Shown: positions 1-14,119 of the stretch, one piece after another
How the letters are laid out: each line of letters begins with the position of its first letter
Numbering within the stretch: position 1 is the stretch's first letter
Assembly (NCBI GenBank): GCA_973895155.1
Contig: OZ316898.1
Coordinates: 16,599,420 to 16,663,419 of the forward strand
Direction: 5' to 3'
DNA from: Marsupella aquatica
Lineage: Eukaryota > Plantae > Marchantiophyta
DNA length: 64,000 bases
The notes under the pieces: model-generated
Told to the model about the DNA's origin: nothing
The model's database searches: none
Seen by the model: only the letters and a program-made list of their open reading frames with translations
Translations under genes and position numbers: made by a program

Positions 1-25
1 ATGAGCATGTAGGCAAAGGTCCCTT

Positions 26-900
26 TTAAGAGTTATTGGATTTCCAATTGTGCTTTGTGTCACCACCTTGGGCTTGTGGGTCCAAACCACCAAATATGGG
101 CCCCTTGAGTTGCATGTGCTTGTTATCGGTACCTTTGGATTTTTTACCATCAAGATGTTTGGATTTATCCTTGCCACCCACCTTTGCTAAGTCCAACCGA
201 TTATTCACCAGCGTAGTACGTGACCTTGTCTTAGGTGTCAGAAAGTGTTTTAAACTCATGATGTGTGTGAAGGGTTTTTTTTTCACAAAACAACCCGCAA
301 AACCCTACGGGAAAGGGAGTCAAAAAGGCAACAAAGACGCCCAAAAAGGGCAGGCCAGAGCCAAAAGAAAAAAACCCAACATAGCCTCTTGTCTTGCCAG
401 GATACATTCCAACTGATTTTGGTAGTAAGAGATGAACTTTTGGATATCACCCACGAAACTCAACTCTCACATTTCTTGTCGACGTGTTGCTCTAGATACT
501 TAGTGGTGACGTGGGCACAGAGTCCTTCAACCAGGTTTTCCCAAGTAAACGGCAATGAGAAGTACTCTCGTGCCTTCTTCCAAGACTTGTACCAAGTCAA
601 GGCGTACTCTTTGTTAAATTGTCCACAATCACGTTCGTCTTGGTATTGTCCACTTACTCCTTGTCCAAGCCTCTTGAGGCAGGGATCATGCCCTGGCATC
701 CACCTTGGCTTTTGACCCCCTTGTCCACCTTGGCTTTAGACTTGTCTTTGCTATTGTCCAAGTTGGTGTCTTCTTTGTTCGACCCATGCATCTTCCGTGG
801 AGGGGCCACCGCCTTTCCCTTAATTGTCTAGTTGTTGCACCCTATCCAACTGAAGGTGTTTGCGCAACTTCCAACAGTCTATTGGAGGCTTGTCTTCCTT
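26..900 (-). pseudogene. Degenerate Ty3/gypsy-type retrotransposon gag fragment (element runs off the left edge)
   Basis: ORF 460..699 contains the retrotransposon-gag-like motif YALTWYKSW...FTWENLVEGL, followed by a basic K/G-rich linker (26..286); broken by stops and frameshifts. Boundaries approximate. Confidence 0.55.
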
Positions 901-3900
901 CTTAAAATGTTCTCAAGGGAAGTTGATGCCTCCCCTTAGGATCCGGTCAAATCCAAGGCTGCCTCCTCCACATGGGAGCCTTCTTTGCACTCTTAGATTG
1001 AGTGTTCTTACCAATCAATAGAAGTTACACTGATCAAAATTTCTTGAGTCCTCACAAAAACCATTAGGACTTTTGGACTCTGACTGGTCTAGCGTCTATG
1101 CAAGCAATCGCTTCAATTGATGCCACAAGTGGTGTACCTAGCCACCCAACGCCCTGACTCACCAAACCCAGAAATTTTGGTGCCTAAGCACCTCCATGGA
1201 ACTCCACAAGCAAGCACTTGGTGCCACTATCATTGCAAGTGGAAACTAGCTCCTATACAAAATTGCACTCCCTCCTTAGCACGACCATTGCTCAATGGCC
1301 TTTATTTTTTGCACAACCAACAAAACCCTAGTAGTAAGTAACCCGCCTTGATCTTGGATCCCAAGACCATTGTCTTGTCTCAAGCTCAATAGTCATTAGT
1401 AAGTAGGTTAGCGAGTAAAGCCTCCTAGGCCTGTGTGACCTTGTCATAAGTTGCAGCTAAGGTTGGCACCCACTGTTCAATCATCTAGAATAGCCCCTCT
1501 ATTGGGTGTCATCCAAGCTTCCCAACTTGCTATTTGCCATCAACTGGCATGGCTGCCCTATCTCCAGGACATGCATGCCCATGACCCAAATAGCTAGCTT
1601 GTCCCAAACATTGGGACCAGTTTGGCCCCTATTCTAGCAACCATCTCCATGGCTCTAACTCAACCAAGAGTCCAAGGGCAAGATGCATAAATTGGACCTC
1701 AGCAATCATGCCTACTCTTTGATGCCTTCCCAGTGCAAGATCTCGTGGGAAGTTGAACGTGGCTTGGCTGCTATTTTGGTAGGATCGGCAAGTGGACAAG
1801 ATAGCCCTTACAACATGAGGACCAAAGGCACCCCTAGACCTAGCTAAGATCAAGAGTATGTATTCCTCCTTGAGGTCTTTTGAATGCACCTAAGAAGTAC
1901 TCTAACGGACTTCCCGTTCACAAGATATTGTCATTTTCGTCCAACATTTCTTCTTAATTAGTAGCACCACTGCTCCACTTCATGACTTGCGCTCACCCTA
2001 GGACCACTGGGATGCATCACTCCCAATCTTGTGCGCCAAGTGCCAAGTGTCTGTTTTGCCTCAACTAAGATTCTTTGGCCATGGGCCCAAAAGGAGCTCT
2101 CACTCAAGCCCTCACAACTCGGAGTCTATTTGGGGGTCCAGACGGTCATTGGCCATGCACTTACTTGGAGGGAGGGGAAAATATTGAGAGATTGTGAATA
2201 TGTCTACCATGTTATCAATGGCTTTTCACCAAGTTTGAGGATCATTCATAGGAAAACAATGGTCAATGCAATGTTCAATGCAAGACAAAGATGTTCCTAC
2301 ATGTTCTTGTTTGATGCAATGCACAATCTTTTTGCAGAAGTGGTGTTAGTAGCAGGTTGCAAAGGCCTTGTTGGGGTGTAATGAATGAGACCCAATGCAC
2401 CCACCAATTAATGCACTTGTGGCCCAACACATTTAGTTTAGTTTTTTAGGACATTTGGCCAAATCAAGGTTTTGCTTGTGTTGAGGAGGAATCCACTTCT
2501 TTGCAAAAATGAATTTGGTCCATCCAACCAAGTCTTGACAAATCCATGGACCCAGCGTAAGCCCAAGTGGCCAACAAAGTTATAGAAACTCAGGCTGGGG
2601 TTTTCCTACTTGGGTGGTTGCTTTGGGAGAGGCTTAATTTGGAAGGATATATTCTCCTAATAGAAAAACCAAGTCTTAACTTACCCAATATGGTCCCCCT
2701 ACGTTACCAACACCTAATATCTGTGACTTGAAAAACTTCTAGAATACACACTATTCCAGGCAGTTTACCCAGTCATGAGAGTTTCTTTTTCTTCTACAAC
2801 TTGGTTATGGTCAAATCTTAGTTTAGATGGATCTTCCTCCTAGGGTTGGAGATTGGGTGCACATAGCCCACAAACACATTGATTCAGGGTAGCCATTTTG
2901 TGGAATGTAGTAAACTGCCAAACTGGCACAACAATTTTGCAATAAAATAGCACATTCAAAAGGACAGAGTACTATAGGTCTACAAGGTTGTTGACAGTAT
3001 CCCGTCAAGAAAAGCTTGCTAAATTGTCCCTCTAGTAGATAAAACTTCATCATTTCCCCTTCAACAAACTTTCCAAATTATTTTATGAATTTAAACTTTC
3101 TCCACGCACAAACCCTGGCCCACGGTGTCTTGCCAAAACATTTTGGCCCAAAACTCATTGTTGGCCGGGAGTGGATTGGCTGGTGAGTCATTGCCAGTTA
3201 GTAACACATATGCTGAGTTGGATAGAATGGGGATCCAGTCTGCTGGTGACTCATCATCAACTGACTATTAGGCTTCACTTGATGGTTGGACGGGGTTTGC
3301 TTGGTGGTGACTCATCAGGCAACAATGGTTCTACCCAAAGTACATGAGGGCTACCCAGTTGCTTAGCTCGGGGCTGATCTATGTTGTTCTAGGCTTTTTA
3401 AGGTGTTGAAAGCTGATTATTGTTGCTACCAATTGTGAAAGGTTGAAGCTTGAAGATAGCTTGCTAGTTGAGTGGGAGCTAGTGAGCTTAGAGAAGGTTT
3501 GGTGATACTCACATGTGAGCTTAAGGAGGTTGGTTTTAGGGTTTAGGGTTTTCAAACTGAGAGGTGCGGAGCGGACACCCAAGCGAACAGAGCTCTGGGA
3601 GGATTGTGAGAAGCTGGTGTCCCATTTTGTGATTGAACTAGGTGGGACAGATTGATTCCAGACTGCACTGAAAAAATTGGGTTTGAGAGTTGTTTGGGCT
3701 TGTTGTTATGATTACTCAATTGAATTCAAGAAGCAATGTCTGCGGTTGTTGCACTTCCTTTTGATATATCAGTAGTGCTGGCAGGGCAATGTGAACACGT
3801 TTGTTGGCTTACTGGATTAATCATAAGCACTAGAACAGAACAAAGTGAGCTTGGTGTCTGTATAATGGGCACAAATGAATGAATGTGGAACTATTGAAGG

Positions 3901-4101
3901 GTATAAGGGTGGTTTTTTCTCAATGGCTGTGAATATTGATGCATGGTCTGGCATAGCAATGAGATGGAGTTTCTGCTGATTGCTTTGGTGATGGGATCAA
4001 GGATGGGATAGAAATCTCTTCTGTAGAGGAGTGGAAGGGGGTTGCATTGACAACGCCAACAATGTTTCTGGATAGGAATGATTGGAAGCACATCTTGGGC
4101 C

Positions 4102-4424
4102 CTTGAGGGGGTCACTTCCACGGAAGTGGCACATCATGTGCGACAAAGTATAGGTCCATTTAAATGGGTGTGGTGGAAGACTTCCAAAGTTTGGTGAAAG
4201 AACACATAGGGCATGTTATATTGACTGGTCGACTTTAAAGAACACATAGGCCTATTTAATTTAAAATATACTTAAAGTTTTTAGGGGTTTTTTAATAAAA
4301 ATGACAAAATTTAAAGAAAGAAAGGGTTTTGCAAAAAACTATTTGTGTCACTTATAAGTTAGGGGGCCAAACTCTAAAAGGTTGCGCGTGATGTATGACT
4401 GCTCCATATAGTGAACCCCCCGAG
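4102..4424 (+). mobile_element. MITE copy 1 (~0.32 kb family, termini CTCGGGGGGTCACT...AGTGACCCCCCGAG, 8-bp TSD)
   Basis: Termini CTTGAGGGGGTCACT / AGTGAACCCCCCGAG; perfect TSD CTTGGGCC at 4094..4101 and 4425..4432; body homologous to copies at 7133, 8006 and 27210. Confidence 0.92.
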
Positions 4425-6689
4425 CTTGGGCCATTTGTAATTTTGTATCGGCTACTTTGCAATTGGAGCTCCTTAGTGAAGAAGGGATAGGCTCTCTGAG
4501 GGATGTGTCAAAAAGTATTTTGGAGTAGAATAGGAAGCAAAACTATGCTCTAAAGCTGCAATACTCTAAAGCTGCAATATTGGGCTTTGGGGTTGAGCTG
4601 AATTGCAATTGCATGGGGTGGACTGAGCAGTACTAAAACTTGAGAGGAAGAATCATCAACTTTGAGAAGCTCTAATTGGTGCTGAGGACAAGTCACTATC
4701 CGTTTCAACTGATGTTGGACGTAGGAAGACTCTTTGAGGTGTGTAGGGAGGTGTGTGAGCAGACAACTGATTTTGGGCATGCAGGAGGGTTGCAATATGA
4801 TGATGCCTGACCTGGCAGCCTGTGGGCATTGTGGCTATTTGAGCTGTAGAGTGGGGAACTGATCTTGAGGATCTTGGGGAGCTTTTTATGATGATCCCTA
4901 TTAAGAAGAGGAAAGTTATTACGGCACCGCAGGGCTTGATTGGCGTGGTCTTATGTTTGTTTCTAGGTTGATTTGAGCATTGTTACACTTCAACTAACTG
5001 TGAGCGTTGATGAGCTTGCATGCAATGATTTGGATGTACCATCCTAGATGAGTGACCAAAGTGCTTTGCAGCTGCTAGAATGAATTGCTGTCATGTAGGG
5101 AGAAAGTAGGTCTATGATTAGAGAAAGTGCTTTTAGGAGAATATGGCTTTGGAACCTATTAAGGTGGAGTCTATGGTAGTCGTGGAACTCGATTACCTTA
5201 ACACTTAGCTCCGGCATCGCTGACTCCGACGCCGAGCTCCCTTATGGTCCAGGCCCGAACAGGCCATCCGGGGAGGACTTAGCATGGGGGGACTTGTGGG
5301 CAATGAGACGTGGCACTAGCAAGACAAGGAGCCAAGCTGGGGACAGTCACACACTAAGGACTTGGACTAGCTGATAGCTGGTCGGGTCAAGGGGAAATGG
5401 GTCGGGCTCAAGGATGGCTGTCCAAACCTCATGATGGACTTTGAGTTCTGAGGGCTTGGGTGTGAGCTCCTCTTGGGCCCAAGGCCAATGGAGTTGATGC
5501 CATGGGCAACAGACGCTTGGGGCGCAAGTTGTGGCCCGATCCGGGTTGGGTTGGTTGGGGGCCCTGAGCGGAAATCATACCTGAGGGCCTAGGCATGAGC
5601 ACTGGGTCGGCCGATCGCAACGGGCTAAGGCACTCTGCTTGCGAATGCCTAACGAGAAAGTTATGGGCATTGCCAGTTGGTGACGCGCCCATTATGCGCG
5701 ATAGGATCCAGGTTGGGGACCAAATGTCTAGGGACCAAAGCTGGTCCGGGGGTGGCAGGTCTCCAGAAGCATATATGAGGGGAGTGGTGTCTCCCTGGGG
5801 GCTAAGGGCAGCCAAAGTCGTGAGCCGCAATGGTCGCGACACTAAGGGAAACCGCCAAACGGAAATGGTGATATATTCCCAACGAGAAGTCCGTTGGAGG
5901 ACTTTGTGGGTGCGTTGGAAAGCTCTCAAGGAGGGCTACACCGTCCCGAGCTCAGCTGGGTTTGGGGGCACCATGGGTTTTTGGGGTTTGCAGGTGTTAA
6001 CTCGCCCGCTTGCCAAATCTTGCCAAACAGCAGCCAAGCCGCGTTCAGTCTCCCAAGGGAACTTGCGATGGGGAGGTAAGGCCAAGTAGGTGTGGAGGTT
6101 GAGTCCCAAGAGGGTTCGGCCCCTAGACCATCAGTGAGATGAACCAGGAGTGGATCCTAGAGTCGAGGCCGTTCTGGTCCCGACGTGTTGGGACAAGCTT
6201 TAGGACAAGCTACGCTACTTGGGCCATGAGCATGTCTTGAGGTCAGGGCGGTCAGTTGGTGATGGATAGGTACAAGGGAGAACCCAGGCCACACCCAAGG
6301 AAAGAGTTGTTCTGGACGAATAGTGGGCGTGGGTTCTGGTTCTGGCTTATGGCATCGGGATGACCTATATCGCTGACCTATTTACCAATGTCTGTTGAGC
6401 TTGAGTAGGATGCTAGACTTGGCGAGTTCTAGATCCTGAAGGGTTACTTACCGAGGTGCTTGGTTGCGTGTGCAGACAGTGAGGACCGTTGAGTAGCGGT
6501 CGTGTTAGAGAGCAAGTGCGGCTTTGTATGGGAGGGGCTGCTGGTGGTGCAAGGGGCACTAGGGTGCTTGCTCAAGGTATTCCGTGGAGGCATTCAGGCA
6601 CCAGGGGCACTTAGGCGCGATTGCGGGGATTGGTGAGGGCGCTGGGTGGCAAGGTCCACCATTGTGGTGAATGGGGTAATAATTTTGGG

Positions 6690-6979
6690 CTTGGGGGTTT
6701 CACTATATGGATGCCTCCCCATCACCTGCGATGTTTTTAGGCCTTGGACCCCCTAAAATGTAAGAAACAATATTTTTCAACCCCTATAAAGTTTGGAATA
6801 TTTTTGGAATATTCCAAAATTTTGGTTATAAGGACCCTAATGTTATTATAAGTTTCAAAATTGGAATTAAAAAACCTGTTCTTCTCAAAAAATTCTTAAG
6901 TCTGCCCTTTGAACCAATAAAATGACCATATACTTCATCGCAAGTGATGTGTCATTTTTGTGGAAGTGAAACCTCCAAG
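6690..6979 (-). mobile_element. MITE, diverged subfamily of the same family
   Basis: Termini CTTGGGGGTTTCACT / AGTGAAACCTCCAAG; perfect TSD ATTTTGGG at 6682..6689 and 6980..6987; same subterminal CATCAC(G/C)TGCG motifs but a different AT-rich core. Confidence 0.85.
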
Positions 6980-7132
6980 ATTTTGGGCTCCTATTCTTAG
7001 TGGTGCATGACGTTAGTGGTCAAGTTAGAGGCTAGGGTTTGTTCTGCCAGTGTTGTCTTGTCCATCCTTGGTTTGGACTTTCGGTTTTGGGTTACTTAGC
7101 CTTTAATCTGTGTGGCCAAATGCGGTCCTAGT

Positions 7133-7464
7133 CTCGGGGGGGTCACTATTTGGAGGGCCATACATCACATGCAATGTTTTAGGGTTTGACCCCCCTAACT
7201 TATAAGTGAAAAATATTTTTTGCAAAATCCTTTCTTTCTTTAAATTTTGTCATTTTTTTTATTAAAAAACCCCTAAAAACTTTAAAGAAAGTATTTTTAC
7301 AATTAAAGAGGCCTATATGCTCTTTAAAGTAGACCAGTCAATAAAACATGTCCTATGTGTTCTTCCACCAAACTTTGGAAGTCTTCCACACACCCATTTA
7401 AATGGGCCTATACTTCGTCGCACGTGATGTGCCATTTCCATGGAAGTGCCCCCCCCCCCCCGAG
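7133..7464 (-). mobile_element. MITE copy (inverted orientation)
   Basis: Reverse complement of the 4102 copy; perfect TSD GTCCTAGT at 7125..7132 and 7465..7472. Confidence 0.92.
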
Positions 7465-8005
7465 GTCCTAGTTGGATCCCCTTGGCTTGGGTCTTGTTAG
7501 GATGCCCTCTCGTGGTGCCTCTGGCTGGTGACTTGTAATTTCTTGACGTGTATAGTTTGCCTTTTAGATGTTGCAACAGTAGCTTGGTGGCTCTCTTTCT
7601 CTTTGGCTCTTAGGGGTCTTTGATGGCTTTCTTTTGCCCTCTGTTCTTCTTCCATGACTTTCATTGTCTTTTACTTGCTCTTTGGTTCTACTTCTATGGC
7701 TCTCCTTTCGGCCTAGCTTAGGCCCATGTTTTGCCTATTTCTATAATTCCCTTCCACTGGGGTTTTGGGGGTTGCAGTAAAATTTTTATTTTGTTAAAAT
7801 GGATATAAGCATTGCCCAAAACCAAAGCCAACTCACACCACAATGTGGGTATCATCAGCAACTAAGAGGAACTTCAACCAGGGAAAGCAATCCATGAAGC
7901 GTGGATTGCACATAAATGAGCCATGGAAAGCAATGGCCCACCAAGATTGAGGGTCCCCTTGCCAAGTGCCGGTTTTAGACAAAGTGGTTGTGTAAGACCC
8001 AGGCT

Positions 8006-8341
8006 CTGGGGGGGTTCACTTCCACGGAAGTGGCACATCACGTGTAATGACGAGGCTCATTTAAATGGGTGTAACAAACAACTTCAAAAGTTTGGTGAAC
8101 AAACACATAGGGCCTCTTTTAGTGACTAGTCAACTTTAAAGAACACATAGGTCTATTTAATTGTAAAAATACTTTCTTTGAAGTTTTTAGGGGTTTTGTA
8201 GTAAAAATGACAAAATTTAAAGGAAGAAAGGGTTTTACAAACAATATTTTTCACTTATAAGTTAGGGGAGTCAAACCCTAAAACATCGCACGTGATGTAT
8301 GGCCCTCCATAGTGACGCCCCCCCACCCCAACCCCCAAGAG
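8006..8341 (+). mobile_element. MITE copy
   Basis: Homologous body; TSD CCCAGGCT at 7998..8005 and 8342..8349; right TIR has an expanded C-tract. Confidence 0.88.
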
Positions 8342-11300
8342 CCCAGGCTCTGCTCCTGCCATGATCTCGCTACTCAAGCTTCATGCCACTCCTGCTACTG
8401 TGCTCTCACCTGTACCTGATTGCCCAACTGCAAGCTGACCACTCCTAGTCCAAGTCTGTCAATCTGCTCCTTGCCCTGCACTCCTCACCCCTTGTCACTT
8501 GCCCGTGGCTCGTCATTCCTTGCTCTTGCCCGTCACTCTGCCTCGCACTTCACTCTCATCCATCACTTCACTCCTCACTCATTCCATTGTTCTCCTATGC
8601 TCCTTGCATGGTCCGGTCCATTCCATTATGCATCACTCTTTCTAGGCTCCAATCACATCACTCCTCCATCAAGGGTATGAGTTATTCAGTCTACATGATT
8701 TTATAGCTAACACATATTTTATAGCTAACACATATGCGAGTTGTAGGTGACACTCGGAGCAAGGGCTCCACGGCTCTCTCGTGGCTCTCTTGTGAGTATC
8801 ATAGATAACCCTTTCCACTACTCTACGTCTTGCCGGGAGTAACGTTATATAGATACAGTCGTAAAAAAGATCGAGGTTGGAATTGGATTGGCATGGCAAC
8901 TTGGCAAGGGCACCCAACTACAGTTCCCATACGATTTGGATTATGGTATCTCTTCCTATACCTTGTGTGTACAAGCTCGTTGGGTACGGTCTGGTTGTTA
9001 GGTAGGTGGCTGAGATAGGCAACTGGGCATGCTCAACGTACACTGCCTTGTGCGGGCAGTAACCGTCATTTTGGGTCCTTGAGGTGCGGTAACCTATGCC
9101 TATGGCCACTTTGTGCAGAATTTCGGCAGGACACCACCGTGGCACCGTCCTTGAAACTTCGTGGCAGACTTTTTGGCACCTCCCTAAGAGAGCCAAAAAG
9201 TCTTTTGACCACTACCTAGTCTACCTTTCCGTGTCCTCAATCCATTCTGGAACGTTACCTTATCTATGGTTCGTTTTGGTTCGTGTCTCTAGGTCGAAAT
9301 CGCAATGATTCATTTATTTTAGCAATTTTTCTGAGGTGGAGGTTGGGTCGCTGCCGTTAATCCATTGATAAAAGGAGACATTTGTAAAACCCAGTTTTGA
9401 TTAGAAAGCATAGGTTTGTTCGCGTCCTCCAATTAAAATAACAAATTGATGCGATTTAACTGGCAAGCATAAGTTTGCTTGGTCACAAGCGACAGCAGCG
9501 TAGTAAAAACAAGAAATCTTTGAAAACGAAATCCAGAAAGAGTTTAAAATGTAGAAAAATAATCCCCAGACAATAAACTTTGGATTTTGGGCCACACAAG
9601 CTAAATTAAAAAGATTAACTCGGAATCGTGTGCACTCTAAGGCGGTTGGGTTCAAATTTGTGGGGGTGTTCGTTTTGGGTTTCCAATGTGCCTTTTTTTT
9701 TTTTTTTGGAGGTACATATACTTTGTAAGTTGTGTCACAAGAGCAGGCCAAATTCAAAAGTTTTCGAATTTGGGCTTTGAAGTAACCCTTGTGATGTCTT
9801 TGCTGTGACTTTGTCATCTTAAGTACAATGCGGCTGAAATTTTTGGTGCTCGTGCCTAGCTTGGGGACATATACATCGCAATGTCTTTTGGGAAAATGGA
9901 ATTCCTATAATTGTTTGAGCTTCACCCCAAAATAAGTTGAAATAACTCCAAACGAGTGGTAGCATGTCCTTTAGAGGTGATCTATCTATGTAATGACAGT
10001 AGTTGGGCAGGGCCAGGTAGTAGAGGAGGAAGCTTCTTCCTCGCTTGCCCCCACACTCCACATCACCACATGTGAAGGGTGGGGGGGCGAGGGGGGGGAA
10101 GGGGGGAGGCAGGGGGCCAAGGTGAGAAGTTGAACATAACTAGTCTGCTTACTAGTTCCTTGAATGTAAGTAAAGATGAAGATAAAAATTTATTTGCAAG
10201 AATTTTATGCCATCTCCGGGTTATATTTGCCTCATCCCCATTTTTCGTTCACCCTCATTTTGTCCTTATTTAGAGTCCATTTTCCCCTTATTTTTAGTCA
10301 AACTTAGTTTATATGGAGTTATGGTCTAGAAGTTTCACACAGGCCCTAGCCCTTGAAAACAACTTATGTTCTGAATTTATTAATAAGATTCTTTTTAAAT
10401 GCAACATAACTTTTCACATGCAAATTCAAGGTGGTTTTTTCTCTAGCTCGGCTCTTAGTGGGTACGTAGGCTTCCAAGACGTCTTGTGGTCCATGTAAAT
10501 ACCCAATTCCATAGCAGAATCTTTATGGTCTTGGATCTAATGGTATGAAAATTAAATAAAGAGTCCTGATAGGGACTGTAAATTTTGAAGGGGGCCGTGA
10601 TTTGTACTAAAATCAAAACTAATCCTGAAAAATCCAAGTGGGGTTATTTCAATTTCCAATAGATCGTGTTACAATATAGGTCCTCAAAAATGCAATTAAA
10701 ATATAAAGAACTACCTATGAAAACCAGAAGCTACCTATGAAGACCAAGTGGGGAAAAGTCTGGATTCACTAGGATATTCAAGGGTTCAAACCTTGCTATA
10801 TATACTTATATATACATAAGTTACGTAAAAAGGTGGGAAACTTAAACATTTAAGAGGTACCCACGGAACCAAGGCCAAGGCCAGGATTAAGGGAGTAGCA
10901 AAATCCACCAACCATAACACTTTCATGGGACTCCAAAGTCTTATCTCCGCTGAAATAATTTTGAATGCTTTGAGGAAAGTGTATGAAAATACTTTTTTAA
11001 TCTTGTCTAGACAAGCATAATGGTCCATGGACAATGCCAGTTTAGACCGGTATTGTTTCAAGATTTTTGGTTAGTAGGTACAGGTTACCTAGGATACATT
11101 TCTCGTAATCCAATAGTTTGAGCCAAGTTTAGAGACCCTATAACTCCTATTGTGTGTTAAATCTTTTGATGATTCCAATGATGAAGAAATTATGAAAGAT
11201 GTCTCTAGACATGATAGAGAGTCCGAACTAAAGTAATTGCACAAGTTGTGTAAAAAATGTTCAGAAGCTAATGATGGAGGCAATGAGCCATAGAGTCTTT

Positions 11301-12649
11301 GTGCATTCCCAAGTGAATGATGAGGTTTATCAAGTGTGGGAAGATGCTGGACTTCAATTGTTTGGCATATATGGGCATGAGTTCTTTGAGCAAGAAAGTG
11401 ACCAGGAGAAACACTCTAATCATGCTATGAATGGATCTTGGGCAAGGAGAGAGGTGGAAGATAGAAGAAATGGAACCAAATTGACAAGTATGAGGGTTTC
11501 AAATAATGAGGATTAATTCTACATATGAAAGGAATGGTGAAGAGATCAGTACAATCACCCCAACTCATGATGAGGGGAAGATGGAAGCTATGGAAGCAAC
11601 CATGGAAGAACCCCTAGGCCCTCAGCTTACAAAATAACGAAACATACGTGCAAATGTCCGATGAGTATTAAATATCAAATCCGTGAATAATATTATAACA
11701 TCGTCCTAAGCAACAATGCCCTTGTTTATATTTGCAACCGATTAGAAAAGGTGAAGGGTTTTCTTAAATGTGTCCCAAAGTTAATGAACTGAAGGGCCAT
11801 GGTAATACCTATTGACACATGTCCCTTGTTCATTGGACCACATGTCATCACACCAGTGGATTAGGGGGTTCTAATTTCAATAAGGACAATAGTGAAACCC
11901 AATGAGTTTGTGTTGAGTGTGGTAATTCCAGTATTTGTAATATTTGCTCTCAATTTTCAGAAGTGGATGCTCCCATCCCATATGTATGGAGCAACATTAA
12001 GAATCTGTGGCCCAGTAAGATGTCTAGCACTTGAGAGATAGGAATAGTGGATGACTTCTTTGGCTTGTTAAGTGCAATGTCACCTCTAATGTCTTGTAAT
12101 GAGATGCCATTGGAATATTCTGGAGAACTTTGATATGTAGTCCTGTATGTAGTTTAAATTAGATGTTTGTGTGCTAAAGCCCCAATGGCTTTCACACATT
12201 GTCAAATATTATATGGCAATATGTTTGTTTAGTGTACTTGCCACTTAATGGTACATTAAATAAAATGTGCATTCATGATTGAATCTCTTCGCAAAAGATT
12301 TTTTTTATAACAAATGAAGGGTATTTTAAATCCCCAAATCTATCTGATTATAATAACATAGGTAAATTTTATATAGGATTGAAAATTCTTTTTAGAACAA
12401 ACAAGATACATTTAATGTTCTTCCAAAATATAACAAAGGGTACCTGGGGGGCCTTCGGTCACAAGTATGTCTCATTACATTTCCCTTAGTGAGGGCGGGA
12501 AGAACTCAAGCTCAAGGCACCAAAGGAGGAAGAAGAGATTGATCAAGGACAACAACTTGGAAGCAGAATCAATGGAAGGGCGACAAGAAAAGCTTCATGC
12601 AATTCAGTAGTGAGGAACAGTTGATGGGTACTAATAGTTAACAATTAGC

Positions 12650-13211
12650 TAACAATTAAAAGGTCATACTCCCCAGTGTGCAAGTTGCTAACAATCCATC
12701 ATCGGCAAGAAATGGACCGTCCATTGCCCAAAAGAAAGAACCAACAATTTGGTGATCTGGTACGTTCCACTTCAGCAATTTTGGGTGAAGCAGAGACGGT
12801 AGCAGCCCCGATGGTAAGTATACAAACCCTGCATCTACCCCCAAAAGCTCTTAACTTTCCTCCCCTTACTACGCCTTTCTCACAGAGACCAAGTGTCACT
12901 AAGTCTTTTCCCCACTTCTCAACAGTTGTCACCCACGCAGGTTTTGTTTCTTTTATAAACACAGATTCAAAAAATTCCTTAACACTGGACTCAATAAATA
13001 TATGACGACAAAGTTTTGACTTGAATCAACCAACTTCTTGTTGGACACCAGTAGATGCAATTGAATCTCTACATCAAGATCAAGCTTTTTTTCTTCTTTT
13101 TGTTGTGCGTGTGGGATCAACTGGATGAGCAACGTTGACATTGGTTGGAGGAGTCTGCTCCTCAGGTGCATTGGCAGCCTTTGTGTTTGCTTCAAAGAGC
13201 TCAGGAGTGAT
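12650..13211 (-). pseudogene. 3' segment of the interrupted ParB/Srx-like gene (continues from 25330 after removing CACTA-1)
   Basis: Deleting 13212..25332 gives a continuous frame ...EETQDEKMTI|TPELFEANTKAANAPEEQ...; further degenerate coding in 12699..12962. 3' end uncertain. Confidence 0.5.
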
Positions 13212-13600
13212 CACTAGAAGAAAACAGGGCCCTTTATGACCAATCACCCAATGACGGAGATGAATAAATGACCAAAAATTTTAATGACACAAAAAGAATG
13301 ACAGGGGAATGACTGTCCATAATGACCAATGGACTGAAATGACAAAATGTTAACTTTTGCGTCATTTTGTATAATGTCTGTAATGACTGATGTGACCAAA
13401 ATGACCCAATTTCCCTAAATGGTCAATTTAGACACATGTCTTAAATGACGCAATTAATAACAACAATGATAAATCAATGTTTAACAACATTATAGTCACT
13501 CTGGACAATGATTGAAATGACCAAAAATCTATTTGAGTCATTTTGGACAACGGTGATAAATGACAAAAAATGTATTACCGTCATTTTAGCCAACAGTGTT

Positions 13601-14040
13601 AAATGACAAAATATAGGGTCAATCTGAAAATGAGAATATATCAATGTTTACAACAACATATTGTCATTATGGACTTCTCCCATAAATGACTAACTCTAGG
13701 GTCAATCTTGAAATTAGGACATATCAGTGTTTACAAGAACATACCGTCATTATGGACTTCTCTCATAAATGACTAACTCTAGGGTCAATCTTGAAATTAG
13801 GACATATCAGTGTTTACAAGAACATACCGTCATTATGGACTTCTCTCATAAATGACTAACTCTAGAGTCAAACTTGAAATTAGGATATATCGGTGTTTAC
13901 AACAATATACTGTCATTATGGACTTGTTGCATAAATGACTAAATATAGGGTCAATCTAAAAATCATGATATATCAATATTTACAATAACATATAGTCATT
14001 ATGGACTTATTGCATAAATGACTACTTATAGAGTCATTAA
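13601..14040. repeat. 83-bp tandem repeat (~5 copies) in the CACTA-1 left subterminal region
   Basis: Unit AAATGACTAACTCTAGGGTCAATCTTGAAATTAGGACATATCAGTG...GTCATTATGGACTTCTCTCAT recurs at 13684, 13767, 13850 and 13933; each unit has AATGAC and GTCATT in opposite orientation. Confidence 0.9.
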
Positions 14041-14119
14041 AGAACCCAAGAGATATGAAGATTAAAATACTCAATAGTCATTCCAGACACCGGTCATAAT
14101 TGTAGAGTCATTGATTGAG

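Noticed and set aside
900-6680. Degenerate coding-like stretches (e.g. ORFs 2031..2381, 5429..5929, 5595..6089)
   Set aside because: Probably decayed retroelement accessory sequence, but no motif I can identify; left unannotated.
8670-9260. Possible LTR of the left-hand gypsy element
   Set aside because: No convincing TG...CA pair, PBS or TSD found, and no second copy in the window.
9690-10061. LINE 3' end (poly-T tract plus IIGIPFS motif)
   Set aside because: The motif is too weak, there is no TSD, and no RT core nearby.
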